Origin: Terriglobia bacterium
GTDB taxonomy: Bacteria > Acidobacteriota > Terriglobia > 20CM-2-55-15
Direction: 5' to 3'
Assembly: GCA_963664115.2 (NCBI GenBank)
Contig: CAXWPJ010000009.1
Coordinates: forward strand, 512,001 to 576,000
DNA length: 64,000 nucleotides
The notes below the pieces were generated by a model. The model made no database searches. It was given only the letters and a program-made list of their open reading frames with translations, and was not told the DNA's origin. Every line of letters starts with the position of its first letter. The stretch's first letter is position 1. A program made the translations under genes and the position numbers. Positions 19,086-28,141 of this stretch are shown here, piece by piece.

Positions 19086-19864
19086 AGAACATTCTTGCCA
19101 TCGTCGAGAGGGAGCTGCGGGCGTACTTCGCCTCCCCGGTCGCTTATGTAGTGCTCACGATCTTCGTTCTCTTGTCTGGAGTATTTTTCCAGACGATTCT
19201 GCGGCAGGTTGTCCAGATGGCCACCGTCAACGCGCTTCAGAGCCAGCAGTTTGGAGCCGCCTCTCAGCCGATAGACGTGCCGGGCCTGATCAGCCAGAGT
19301 TTCCTGGGAACTCTGAGCGTCGTGCTGCTGTTCATGTTGCCGATGATTACCATGGGACTGTTCTCGGAGGAGAAAAAGAGAGGGACAATTGAACTCCTGT
19401 TGACGGCTCCAATTACCGGTTTTCAAGTTGTCATGGGAAAGTATCTGGCGGCCGTTTCCTTTTACGCCATCATGCTGGCCACGACCTGGGTTCCGACCTC
19501 GGTGTTGTTCCTCTACGGGGATCCGGCCTGGGGTCCGATATTATCCGGCTATCTCGGACTGTTGCTCTACGGGGTAGCCCTGTTGGCCGTAGGCCTCTTC
19601 ATCTCGACGCTTACGGAGAATCAGATCGTTGCCGGGGTGTTGAGTTTTGGAACGATTCTCATGCTTTGGATGGTGGACGTTGTGGCGCAGAGCGCTACAG
19701 CGACCACGCGGGCCGTACTCGCCTACCTTTCGATATTGGGACACCTGGACGAATTCATACGCGGCGTCGTGACCACGTCACACGTCATCTTCTATCTGTC
19801 GCTCATGACGTTGGGCTTGTTCCTGACGTATCGATCGGTGGATTCCATGCGTTGGAGGGGTTGA
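19082..19864 (+). CDS. ABC-2 permease (GldF-like)
   Basis: RELRAYFASPVAY, EEKKRGTIELLLTAP, about 6 TM segments. Confidence 0.9.
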   Translation: MKNILAIVERELRAYFASPVAYVVLTIFVLLSGVFFQTILRQVVQMATVNALQSQQFGAASQPIDVPGLISQSFLGTLSVVLLFMLPMITMGLFSEEKKRGTIELLLTAPITGFQVVMGKYLAAVSFYAIMLATTWVPTSVLFLYGDPAWGPILSGYLGLLLYGVALLAVGLFISTLTENQIVAGVLSFGTILMLWMVDVVAQSATATTRAVLAYLSILGHLDEFIRGVVTTSHVIFYLSLMTLGLFLTYRSVDSMRWRG

Positions 19865-19867
19865 GCC

Positions 19868-21436
19868 TTGAAAGACTGGATTAGCAAGCTTGATCTGTTG
19901 GGACTGGTCGTGGTTGGGGCGGCGCTCATCAGTTATTCCGTGCGTACGATCTGGAGCGTTTACGAGACCCTGGCCCTGGCCCTCGGCGTGGTGCTGATCG
20001 TTACGGCGCTCGTTTCGAAACGTGAGCGAATCCAGGCAGGCATGCGGGGGCGACAGGCGCGTTACGGAGCCAACTCCTTGACTTCGGTTCTGCTCCTGGT
20101 GGCTGTCCTGGGTTTCGTGAATTACATCGGTTTTCAAAACGATCAACGTCTGGATCTGACCACTGAAAGAATCTATAACCTGTCCGATCAATCCGAGAGT
20201 GTGGCCGACCAACTCGAACAGGATATCCATATATGGGCTTTCTATCCGGGCGGGGATGATAGGGCGGTTCGCGAACTGCTGGATCTTTACCGCGGTCGCA
20301 GTTCTCGAATCACCTATGAATTTGTCGATCCCGACCGGCAACCGCAGTTGGCCGAGCAGTTTGATGTCACCGTCTACGGGACTTTCAACAACCAGTTCGC
20401 CGGAGCGAGTTTCAATTTCGGGACCGTCGTTCTGGAGACCCCCGGTTTCGAGGAGCGTATCGAGAAGCAATCCGAGCCCCTGCTTGAAGAAGATGTCACG
20501 AATGCGCTGATCAAATTGGTTAAAGGGGAGCAGAAGGCGATCTATTTCATCGAGGGCCATGGAGAGAAGCTCATTGCCGAAACCGAACGCAACGGGCTCG
20601 ACGCAGCCCGCAATTCACTGGAGAGGGAGAACTACATTGTCGAAAGTTTGAACCTGGTCCGGGTCGATGAAGTGCCTTCCGATGCTGCAGTGTTGATCTG
20701 GCCTGGACCGGAAACTGAACCCTTCCCGGAAGAAATGGACATGGTCGATGACTACCTGAACGCCGGGGGCAGCGTCATGGTCATGCTCGACCCGCCACCG
20801 GCCGCATCGCTTGGCGATCTCCTCGACCGGTGGGCCGTGTCTGCAGGTGACAACTTTGTCGTGGACGCCAGCGGTGTGGGTCGCTTGTTGGGAGCCGGCC
20901 CGGAGATCCCTTTGGTCTCACAATACGGCGTGCACCCGATCACCGACGGCTTCAACGTGATGACGTTCTTTCCGCTCGCTCGCTCGATAACTACAGCGGA
21001 AGCGGGTCCGGAAGGTTTGAGTGTCACCAACTTGCTGACCACCGGGAACAGCAGTTGGGGTGAAAGCGATCTGGACAGCTCCGAAGCCAGTTTCGATCCC
21101 GCGGTGGATCTCGGTGGGCCCGTGAACATTGGACTCGTCGTGACCCGGGATATCGGGTCGGAGGATTTGGCGCGATTCATTGTCATGGGTGATTCGGATT
21201 TCGCTTCCAACGGCTTCTTCAGTTTGCAGGGGAACGGCAATTTGTTTCTGAATGCAGTGAGCTGGCTGGCGGAGGACGAGAGCTTCATTTCCATCCGCCC
21301 GAGAGTACCCGAGGATAGACCGTTCAACCTGACGGAATCTCAGGGGCGTATCACCTATTACATATCGCTGGTGCTGTTGCCACTTTCCATTCTTGCGGCA
21401 GGGATTGCGGTATGGGTGAAGCGACGTAGTCAGTGA
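19868..21436 (+). CDS. GldG-family ABC auxiliary protein
   Basis: RLDLT..IYNLS, FVDPD, YFIEGHGE, VMGDSDF..N, GNLFLNAVSWL, C-terminal TM. Confidence 0.9.
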   Translation: MKDWISKLDLLGLVVVGAALISYSVRTIWSVYETLALALGVVLIVTALVSKRERIQAGMRGRQARYGANSLTSVLLLVAVLGFVNYIGFQNDQRLDLTTERIYNLSDQSESVADQLEQDIHIWAFYPGGDDRAVRELLDLYRGRSSRITYEFVDPDRQPQLAEQFDVTVYGTFNNQFAGASFNFGTVVLETPGFEERIEKQSEPLLEEDVTNALIKLVKGEQKAIYFIEGHGEKLIAETERNGLDAARNSLERENYIVESLNLVRVDEVPSDAAVLIWPGPETEPFPEEMDMVDDYLNAGGSVMVMLDPPPAASLGDLLDRWAVSAGDNFVVDASGVGRLLGAGPEIPLVSQYGVHPITDGFNVMTFFPLARSITTAEAGPEGLSVTNLLTTGNSSWGESDLDSSEASFDPAVDLGGPVNIGLVVTRDIGSEDLARFIVMGDSDFASNGFFSLQGNGNLFLNAVSWLAEDESFISIRPRVPEDRPFNLTESQGRITYYISLVLLPLSILAAGIAVWVKRRSQ

Positions 21437-21493
21437 GTTACACCGATAGCACGGATCCGATAGATCAATCCGTGTCATCCGCGCAGGTCATCT

Positions 21494-22849
21494 GTGTATA
21501 TGAAGTTTAAAGGCACGGTTGCACTGTTTGGCCTCCTGCTCGTTCTGGGCGGATGGGTCTATTGGACCGATATACGAGGCCGCGAGGGACGGGAACGCGC
21601 CGCCGAAGAGGCGGCCCTGGCCTTTCCAGCAGACTACGAAAGCATCCGCCGGATCCGGCTGGTCTATCCCGATCGTTCTATCGAAGGTGTCCGAATTGAC
21701 GACGGCTGGGAGTTCGTTGACCCTCCAGGTCTTGAAGCCGACCCGAGTGCGTGGGACTTGCTGGCGTCTAACGTCCCCAGGATAGTCAGGGAAGAGACGA
21801 TTGTTTCGGAGCCGACGGACTTGGAGACATTCGGCCTGGACAGCCCCGGTATCGAGCTTGCGGTCGAGTTAGACGACGGGCGCGAAGAAGAGATTATCTT
21901 TGGTCGGGAGAATCCCGGCGGGACGCACTATTACGCCAAGCTCGCCTCCAGTGACGAAATCTTTCTTGCACCGAGTTCGTGGATCTCAACAGTAACCAAG
22001 GAAGTCAACGATCTTCGCGACAAGTCCGTCCTTCGCTTTGAGCAGGATTCAATCGACCGTATCGAGATCAGCGGTGTAGCCAACGTGGCTCTCAGCCTCG
22101 AAGAAGATTGGTCGATTGTGACGCCCATCGAGTGGCCTGCGGATTTAGCCGAGGTGAATACGTTTCTCGGAACGGTCGGTTTTGCACGCGCAACCGGATT
22201 TGCCGGCGAGGATCTCACAGACGCAGACCTGGGCCTGGACATGCCCCGGCTTCGCATCGTTCTACACGACAAAGTAAGCGATGGGGATCGCGTCCTGCTC
22301 ATCGGCGGCCAACCCGACAATGAACCGGATCGGTATTTCGCGAAAGACGCATCACGAGACACGGTCTTCATCGTCGAAGGAAACATCGTAGAGACCAGCG
22401 AGCAGCCCATCTTCGAGTGGCGCGATAAGACAATCGCGGATTTTGATCGGCCCCGGGTTACGGCCGTCCGGTTTGAGAGAGAAGGTGACAACTTTGTACT
22501 GGCCATGGGTGGGGAGGGTTGGGAGTTGCCCGACCAGCGACCCGCCAGACTGGAGACAATCTCTCTCATGTTCAACGCTGTCGAGTTCGAGCGCGCCACA
22601 GCCATCGTCGATGCCCCCGGGCCTTTGGGAGGGTACGGCCTCGATCCACCCCGGCTCCGGGTCGTTTTCGAGGCGGACGGTGAGGAACTGTTGGCCTTTG
22701 GTTTCGGTAACGACACCGCCGATGGCGACGAGTTGTATTGGAAGTCAGAGACGGAAACACAAGTCAAGGTCGTGTCGAAGGACGTTTTTGACCGGTTTGA
22801 CGTCACGGCAGAGGATCTCCTTGATACCGATGCGCTAGCGGCGCCGTAA
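21494..22849 (+). CDS. DUF4340-repeat membrane-anchored protein
   Basis: N-terminal TM; three repeats with (F/L/Y)GLDxP and (L/W)RDK motifs; usual partner of GldAFG. Confidence 0.85.
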   Translation: MYMKFKGTVALFGLLLVLGGWVYWTDIRGREGRERAAEEAALAFPADYESIRRIRLVYPDRSIEGVRIDDGWEFVDPPGLEADPSAWDLLASNVPRIVREETIVSEPTDLETFGLDSPGIELAVELDDGREEEIIFGRENPGGTHYYAKLASSDEIFLAPSSWISTVTKEVNDLRDKSVLRFEQDSIDRIEISGVANVALSLEEDWSIVTPIEWPADLAEVNTFLGTVGFARATGFAGEDLTDADLGLDMPRLRIVLHDKVSDGDRVLLIGGQPDNEPDRYFAKDASRDTVFIVEGNIVETSEQPIFEWRDKTIADFDRPRVTAVRFEREGDNFVLAMGGEGWELPDQRPARLETISLMFNAVEFERATAIVDAPGPLGGYGLDPPRLRVVFEADGEELLAFGFGNDTADGDELYWKSETETQVKVVSKDVFDRFDVTAEDLLDTDALAAP

Positions 22850-22868
22850 ACTTCTGCTGCGGACTGAT

Positions 22869-23456
22869 ATGGCCATTTTTCGGAACGAGCCTGGTCCATC
22901 CCCAAGCACTTCAGGAGCGGAGCGCCGATCTCACCCATCCGAACTCGAATTCCGGGAGTCCTCGGTGAGAGGCCTGATAGCCGCCATCGCATCCAGCGTC
23001 GCGGAGGGCGTCCGCCAAAACAAATTGTCGACAGTCCTGGCACTGGCAGCACTTTTGGTTTTCATTCCGCTGATCGGGATTCGATACGATGAGCGGCCAC
23101 GGTATCGGCAGGTCATCCTTCCTGAAATCGAACGTCTTGAGGTGCTTTACCATGCGTCAATCGAGCGTTCCGAAGAGGGCCCGACCGACACGTGGCAACT
23201 CTACCACTTCATCGATGCTCACCGGAGAGCTGTGGACGTTCTTGATTACTTGAGAACGCGGAAGCCCGTGACCGGGCCGGGCATCCAGGCCCACGGAGAT
23301 CTAATCTTGTACTACGAGTTGGTCAACGAGCACTTTGCCATTCTCCGAACCGAGATGAGTCTGGCTCTGGACCTTGATTTTTTGGCCCGCTGGAAAGAGG
23401 TCGAACGGGCACTGAAGCCGATATACGATCGTTGGAGCGATTGGGTGCGCGGGTGA
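22869..23456 (+). CDS. Hypothetical single-TM protein
   Basis: 195-aa ORF with one hydrophobic segment, directly after the operon. Confidence 0.6.
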   Translation: MAIFRNEPGPSPSTSGAERRSHPSELEFRESSVRGLIAAIASSVAEGVRQNKLSTVLALAALLVFIPLIGIRYDERPRYRQVILPEIERLEVLYHASIERSEEGPTDTWQLYHFIDAHRRAVDVLDYLRTRKPVTGPGIQAHGDLILYYELVNEHFAILRTEMSLALDLDFLARWKEVERALKPIYDRWSDWVRG

Positions 23457-23573
23457 GGGAATTCCGCTCCACGTAACAGCCAGAATCCGCTGGCTTTGCC
23501 TAACGGGACCAAATTCCACCGTCCCGTTAGGCAGAAAATGTCCCGTTAGGCAGAAATTCAGGGGTAAGTTTTT

Positions 23574-23831
23574 TCACTTGCCAGCGCCGGTGGCGTCGCC
23601 GTCGATGGTGTTAAGAACGCCGATGAACGCAGATTCGGTAAGACCGGCTTCTTTCAAGGCGTAATTGATAATTTCGAAACTGGCGTAGTCGCCAATCTTC
23701 GGGAGGATGATCGTGGAATGTCCCCGCACCATAGCCCAGTTCATCTCGCTTTCGCGGTCAACTGTATATCCAATCTGATCTAATACTGCCTTGAGACGTT
23801 CCGGGGATTGCGGCGCGAGGGGCGTAGGCAA
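23574..23831 (-). CDS. HicA-fold toxin-like protein
   Basis: LKAVLDQIGYTVDRE...IILP...IINYALKEAGLTESAF pattern; immediately downstream of a hicB-like gene. Confidence 0.65.
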   Translation of the reverse strand: MPTPLAPQSPERLKAVLDQIGYTVDRESEMNWAMVRGHSTIILPKIGDYASFEIINYALKEAGLTESAFIGVLNTIDGDATGAGK

Positions 23832-23835
23832 TGAG

Positions 23836-24171
23836 CTATGCCGCCATTGTCATCGGCACATCGAATTCATATACCTGATATTGCTCGTCGACACCGACGA
23901 ATTCGCCCTCATCTGGAGCGTTGCTTGCGCCGCTGAATCCAAGGGCTTGTAGGGTGTCCTCAAAGAGTCCCCGGTCATACAGCGAACCAATATAAAGTTG
24001 GATCGCATCGACCAGTGATTCCTTCGCTTGATCTGCCGTCATCCCCTGGGAATAGATTCCCAATCTTGGGCAATACGAGACGAACACCTTTGCATCTTCG
24101 TCTTTGCGAATTCCGCCTTTCAAACTAAAACTAATCATCGCTGCACTCCTGCACCCCTCAGGTGCAAACAT
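23836..24171 (-). CDS. HicB-family antitoxin
   Basis: FVSYCPRLGIYSQGMTADQAKESLVDAIQLY. Confidence 0.8.
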   Translation of the reverse strand: MFAPEGCRSAAMISFSLKGGIRKDEDAKVFVSYCPRLGIYSQGMTADQAKESLVDAIQLYIGSLYDRGLFEDTLQALGFSGASNAPDEGEFVGVDEQYQVYEFDVPMTMAA

Positions 24172-24388
24172 ATTAGAGACTGGAAACCTTCAATTATATC
24201 CGACAAACACGAAAGCGCCAGACTCAAACACAAAGAAAGGCCAAACCTGCCATTCGGGAGGTTCAACTCCTTATTTATGTTAAATACGAGTCTTCGTCAA
24301 CCAAAATAAGTGAAATTTGTACGTTATACGGAAATGAGTTCTGAGAGCGTCTAGACATGATCTGTCAAACCTTTCTCCATCACCGGCG

Positions 24389-25639
24389 TTAACCAAATTC
24401 CCCATTGGGCAGAAAAGTTGGGTCGATCCCAAGCTCGAACATCTCGTGAATCAGGACAACAAGGTTGTGACATAGGATCTTGCACAGGGCCTCGTTGACC
24501 ATGGCCGTTTCTGACTTGGACCGAAGGCTGTCACCGAACTTCGCCTTTATCATGTGGAACGTAGTTTCGACATTGGATCGCTTGTGGTAGTGACTCAGGA
24601 ACTCATCCCGCCGGTACTGAAAGTAGTGATACATGCTCCGCCATGCCGCCGTTTTCGGCCAACCGTGCCGCTCCTCAGCACGCGGGAAGCTAATCGCACT
24701 GTTCTTCTTAAGGGCGATAAAGGGAGCGGCCCCCGCCTTCATCACTTGATAGACATTGTTGTAGGACAAATATCCTTTGTCGGCACTGACTTCCTCAACA
24801 TCAAACCCGCTGGTTGTTGTATCCAGAAGGCTCGGAAGCATGATTGAGTCGTGTGTGTTTCCGATCTCGACGGCGGTGACTATGTTTGTCTTCACGCCGC
24901 ACATGAGATGCGTCTTGATCCACTGGTGACGAAACCGCTCCTGTCCCCACTTGTGATCGAACCACCGCTCGAACTTCGATGTAGAGAAGCCCGAAGAATC
25001 CACTGCAAAGTCCGTTTCCACCGATGCCAGAGGAAGGGCTGAGGTTTCAATCAGCCGCTCTATGATGGGCCTCAGTTCCGGCTTTTCGAGGTAGTTGAAA
25101 ATGCTGTTGTAGTGTGGGACCTTCGAGATAAAGCCGTTTGCGTGAGACTGCCGAAGATCCGACATAAAGCGACGGCCCGATACGGTGCTGTAGACCTTGA
25201 ACGTCGCGGAAAAGATCGCGTCAGAGAGCGGGATACGGCGCTGTCCCTTGCCCGTCTGTGGGGGAGTCGGAACCAATTCACACAGGTTTCGAAGCAGCAC
25301 TTGGAACTGATCCTTCTCGTTTGTCTGAGCAGCGTTGTAGGACGGCCAGTCCTGCCGGTAAGTGGGCCGCTTGGTTGCGGTAACCGACTCAGGGATGGTT
25401 TTCGGCCCGTCCGGATTGTCCTGCCGTGCCCGGTAGATTTCGACTGCCAGCACGTGTTTGCACGGTTGCCGCCGTTCTTCGTAATCCAGGCACGTGCAAT
25501 GAGAGCTCTTCCCAAGGATCGTGACCGAGTATTTACCCGTCCCATACTGAGACGGAACCGACCATCGGCACTTATCCAGATTCGAGATACGAAACTTGTC
25601 GGCTATTTCGATAGCGTGTTGTTGTCTTACAGAGGTCAT
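24389..25639 (-). CDS. Transposase with N-terminal SWIM zinc finger and IS5-type DDE domain (intact)
   Basis: CTCLDY...PCKH; AVDSSGF, ADKGY, YHKRSNVETTFHMIK, CHNL. Confidence 0.9.
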   Translation of the reverse strand: MTSVRQQHAIEIADKFRISNLDKCRWSVPSQYGTGKYSVTILGKSSHCTCLDYEERRQPCKHVLAVEIYRARQDNPDGPKTIPESVTATKRPTYRQDWPSYNAAQTNEKDQFQVLLRNLCELVPTPPQTGKGQRRIPLSDAIFSATFKVYSTVSGRRFMSDLRQSHANGFISKVPHYNSIFNYLEKPELRPIIERLIETSALPLASVETDFAVDSSGFSTSKFERWFDHKWGQERFRHQWIKTHLMCGVKTNIVTAVEIGNTHDSIMLPSLLDTTTSGFDVEEVSADKGYLSYNNVYQVMKAGAAPFIALKKNSAISFPRAEERHGWPKTAAWRSMYHYFQYRRDEFLSHYHKRSNVETTFHMIKAKFGDSLRSKSETAMVNEALCKILCHNLVVLIHEMFELGIDPTFLPNGEFG

Positions 25640-25853
25640 TTAGCACTCAGCCTTTCTACGGGCCGTGCTAGAATTGACGTGGTTACCAAACCCGTCTTTC
25701 TGGCTTCGGCCTGAAGGATGCGCCCCGCTGACAGTTTGCGCTGCCAGTGGGGCTTTTTCTGTTTAACCATTACAATAAATCATTCTATGTTGACAATAAT
25801 ATTCTAGATCGTTACAATAAGTCAACCCAAATGGCTAAATACGGATAAAATTA

Positions 25854-26945
25854 ATGGCTCGAATGACTAAAAAGGAAAGGGAAGAGCTACGCGCTTTTAT
25901 CATTCAGAATGTCCGCGCCAACCCTGCGGATATTACGAACAAGATCACTGAGGCGTTCCCTATTTCACGGCAAACAGGGCACCGGCATCTCAATTACCTA
26001 GTGGAGGAAGGCATCCTTTCGGCCGTCGGACAAACCAAGGCCCGAAAATATGAACTCGTGTTGCTTGAATCATTTAGTGTTACCGCGGAGGTTACCGATG
26101 AACTTGAGGAGCATGTGGTGTTGCGAGACGCCGAGAAAACTCTGCTGGGAGTGCCGGAGAACGTGCGCAATATCTGTCGGCACGGTTTTACCGAAATGCT
26201 CAATAACGTGATTTCGCATTCTGGGTCTCAGGAGGCACGTATTGTCGTAGTAAGAACGGGGGCGGACATAACTATCTCAATCAAGGACACGGGAATCGGC
26301 ATTTTTCGCAAGATCCAGCAAGACTTTGATTTGCCAGATCCGCGCCAAGCACTCCTTGAACTCACCAAGGGAAAGCTCACTTCCGATTCCACAAAGCACA
26401 CTGGCGAAGGCATATTCTTCACGTCTCGAATGTTTGACGAGTTCATGATCGCTTCGGGCGAGCTTGATTTTTGTCGCTTCAACAAGCAAGACGACTGGTT
26501 CTTTCAGGTCGAGGAACGGAAAGAAATCTCCGGAACTTTAGTCTGGATGAGGATTGCCCTGACCGCGTCCCAAACAGACAAAGAAGTGTTCTTGCAATTC
26601 GCTCCCGAGGAAGCTGACTTCGGGTTTACAAGGACGCATGTTCCCATCAATTTAGCCGTCTATGAAGGCGAGAAACTAATATCGCGGTCTCAAGCTCGGC
26701 GTCTACTTGCACGTGTCGATAGATTCGCCGAAGTCATGTTGGATTTTCGAGGAGTCGCCAGCATTGGACAGCCGTTTGCTGACGAGACTTTCAGGGTATT
26801 CCAGAAGCAACATCCTGGAACACGACTCGTCCATATCAATGCCTCGGAAGATGTTGAGAATATGATCTCCCACGTGAAAGCAACGGAGGCGTTTGACGAA
26901 CTCCAAGCCACTCTCTTCGATGACACGTTGCATCCAGACGAATAG
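25854..26945 (+). CDS. HTH + HATPase + STAS-like (DUF4325) protein
   Basis: ISRQTGHRHL..LVEEG HTH; EMLNNVISHS, DTGIGI, GEGIFF; SRSQARR, LDFRGV..IGQPFADE.FRVF. Confidence 0.85.
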   Translation: MARMTKKEREELRAFIIQNVRANPADITNKITEAFPISRQTGHRHLNYLVEEGILSAVGQTKARKYELVLLESFSVTAEVTDELEEHVVLRDAEKTLLGVPENVRNICRHGFTEMLNNVISHSGSQEARIVVVRTGADITISIKDTGIGIFRKIQQDFDLPDPRQALLELTKGKLTSDSTKHTGEGIFFTSRMFDEFMIASGELDFCRFNKQDDWFFQVEERKEISGTLVWMRIALTASQTDKEVFLQFAPEEADFGFTRTHVPINLAVYEGEKLISRSQARRLLARVDRFAEVMLDFRGVASIGQPFADETFRVFQKQHPGTRLVHINASEDVENMISHVKATEAFDELQATLFDDTLHPDE

Positions 26946-26982
26946 GTGGCTTATTGAATTCCCGCAATGATCGCAAAAATGG

Positions 26983-27344
26983 GGTAGTGTCCTAATTTGA
27001 ATTCTCACCTTTGAAAGACAAGCCGACTTGCCGGCTCAGCTTAGGAAGGGAGGCTGGATATGGAAAATGTGACGGCTATTTTGACGCCAGAGGTAGTGGT
27101 AGCGGTTGTGTATATACTAACTCTCTTGGCAGCTTGGTGTTGGGCGGTCTATTTCCTAAAGGACAAGACTGACGCGCTCTCTGAAAGGTCATTGAATGTA
27201 GTCATCGCGTCCATGATCGGAGTTATAACCGCAGTTCTGGCGTTTGTGGGTGTGGTCGAAGGCGCGGCGATAATTGCTCTTCTATCGGCAATCGCTGGGT
27301 ATATTCTGGGTGCTTCAACCCGGAATCGAAATTAGGACACTACC
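26983..27344. mobile_element. Non-autonomous 362-bp MITE-like element with IS1-type ends and one passenger gene
   Basis: 16-bp perfect IR GGTAGTGTCCTAATTT; 8-bp DR AAAAATGG at 26975-26982 and 27345-27352. Confidence 0.9.
27060..27335 (+). CDS. Small 3-TM membrane protein
   Basis: GGAGG RBS; three hydrophobic helices ending LLSAIAGYILG; stop codon lies inside the right IR. Confidence 0.75.
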   Translation: MENVTAILTPEVVVAVVYILTLLAAWCWAVYFLKDKTDALSERSLNVVIASMIGVITAVLAFVGVVEGAAIIALLSAIAGYILGASTRNRN

Positions 27345-27380
27345 AAAAATGGCGATGCCAACGGTCGCAATGATCGGAAG

Positions 27381-27449
27381 AATCCCCCAGCGATGGAAGC
27401 GGGACTCACTGATCACGTTTGGACGCTGAACGAATTGATCGAGAGCTAA
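27381..27449 (+). pseudogene. C-terminal remnant of an IS1-related transposase
   Basis: Translates NPPAMEAGLTDHVWTLNELIES*, the TPAMxAGLTDHVW tail of that group. Confidence 0.7.
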
Positions 27450-27565
27450 AAAGCCCAACAGGTAGCGTTCGGCCCAATTCTAGCCACAATTAGTAGCACC
27501 GAACAAACATCGGGTATAATGCAAAAGGTCCCCCTGCCAGGGGACCTTTGAAAATCCGTCGAGGT

Positions 27566-27611
27566 CGGGAGATGGTAATTAGACTCTGACGGGAGATGGT
27601 AATTAGACTCT
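27566..27611. repeat. 22-bp direct repeat x2 (CGGGAGATGGTAATTAGACTCT), 24-bp period
   Basis: Exact copies at 27566-27587 and 27590-27611. Confidence 0.9.
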
Positions 27612-27721
27612 CCCATCATAGCGCCGTATGCGTGATCCCGTCAATCTCTTCTCTACCCGAAGTTCGCCCGGATCGCGCTGTGGTCTTAGTGCGGATGGGC
27701 TTTAATTAGGAAGACAGGAAA

Positions 27722-27994
27722 ATGAAACCTTATGAAGTTACTTACGATCTAAGAAAACCCGGACAGAACTATGATGGTCTGATTGAACGGCTACAGCAAT
27801 TGAAGGCTGTTCGAGTGGAGCAATCCACATGGCTAATGAGAAGCACTTCGCTTGCGCTTGATATAGCCAACGACCTGATGAGGTTTATGGACAAGAACGA
27901 CAGGCTTCTTGTCGCCGAGATCGTGCCGTCCAACACGGCATGGTACAACCTGCTGGTTACTAGTGATCAGATCAATCAGAAGCTCGCTTCCTGA
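27722..27994 (+). CDS. Small Cas2/VapD-like ferredoxin-fold protein (often labelled SinR family)
   Basis: YEVTYDL..PGQNY..L, QSTWL, MDKNDRLLV. Confidence 0.65.
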   Translation: MKPYEVTYDLRKPGQNYDGLIERLQQLKAVRVEQSTWLMRSTSLALDIANDLMRFMDKNDRLLVAEIVPSNTAWYNLLVTSDQINQKLAS

Positions 27995-28005
27995 TTCGAT
28001 CCGAA

Positions 28006-28036
28006 GGCCAGCGGGGGCTTCGGTCTTCGCTGGCCT
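28006..28036 (+). terminator. Hairpin after the Cas2-like gene
   Basis: AGGCCAGCGGGGGC-TTCG-GTCTTCGCTGGCCT stem-loop; no clear U tract. Confidence 0.55.
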
Positions 28037-28068
28037 GAAATCTTCGATGTTGTAAACATTCATTGAGT

Positions 28069-28100
28069 GTCTTATATCACAAGGGTCTTATATCACAAGG
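28069..28100. repeat. 16-bp tandem repeat x2 (GTCTTATATCACAAGG)
   Basis: Exact copies at 28069-28084 and 28085-28100. Confidence 0.85.
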
Positions 28101-28141
28101 GCCAATCTAGCGGACCATCACCGAGATTTCCCCCGATCTAG

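Noticed and set aside
18045-22849. Gliding motility system
   Set aside because: GldA/F/G-like ABC modules are widespread in non-gliding bacteria and no other gld/spr genes are present
25697-25704. TTCTGGCT in the putative leader RNA is complementary to the left target flank (AGCCAGAA), hinting at RNA-guided targeting
   Set aside because: Only 8 nt, plausible by chance, and I could not see an equivalent match in element B's leader
27566-27994. CRISPR array beside a Cas2-like gene
   Set aside because: Only two 22-bp repeats separated by 2 bp; no spacers and no cas1 or effector genes
28069-28100. 16-bp tandem repeat as the end of another IS
   Set aside because: No partner inverted copy or transposase found; kept only as a repeat
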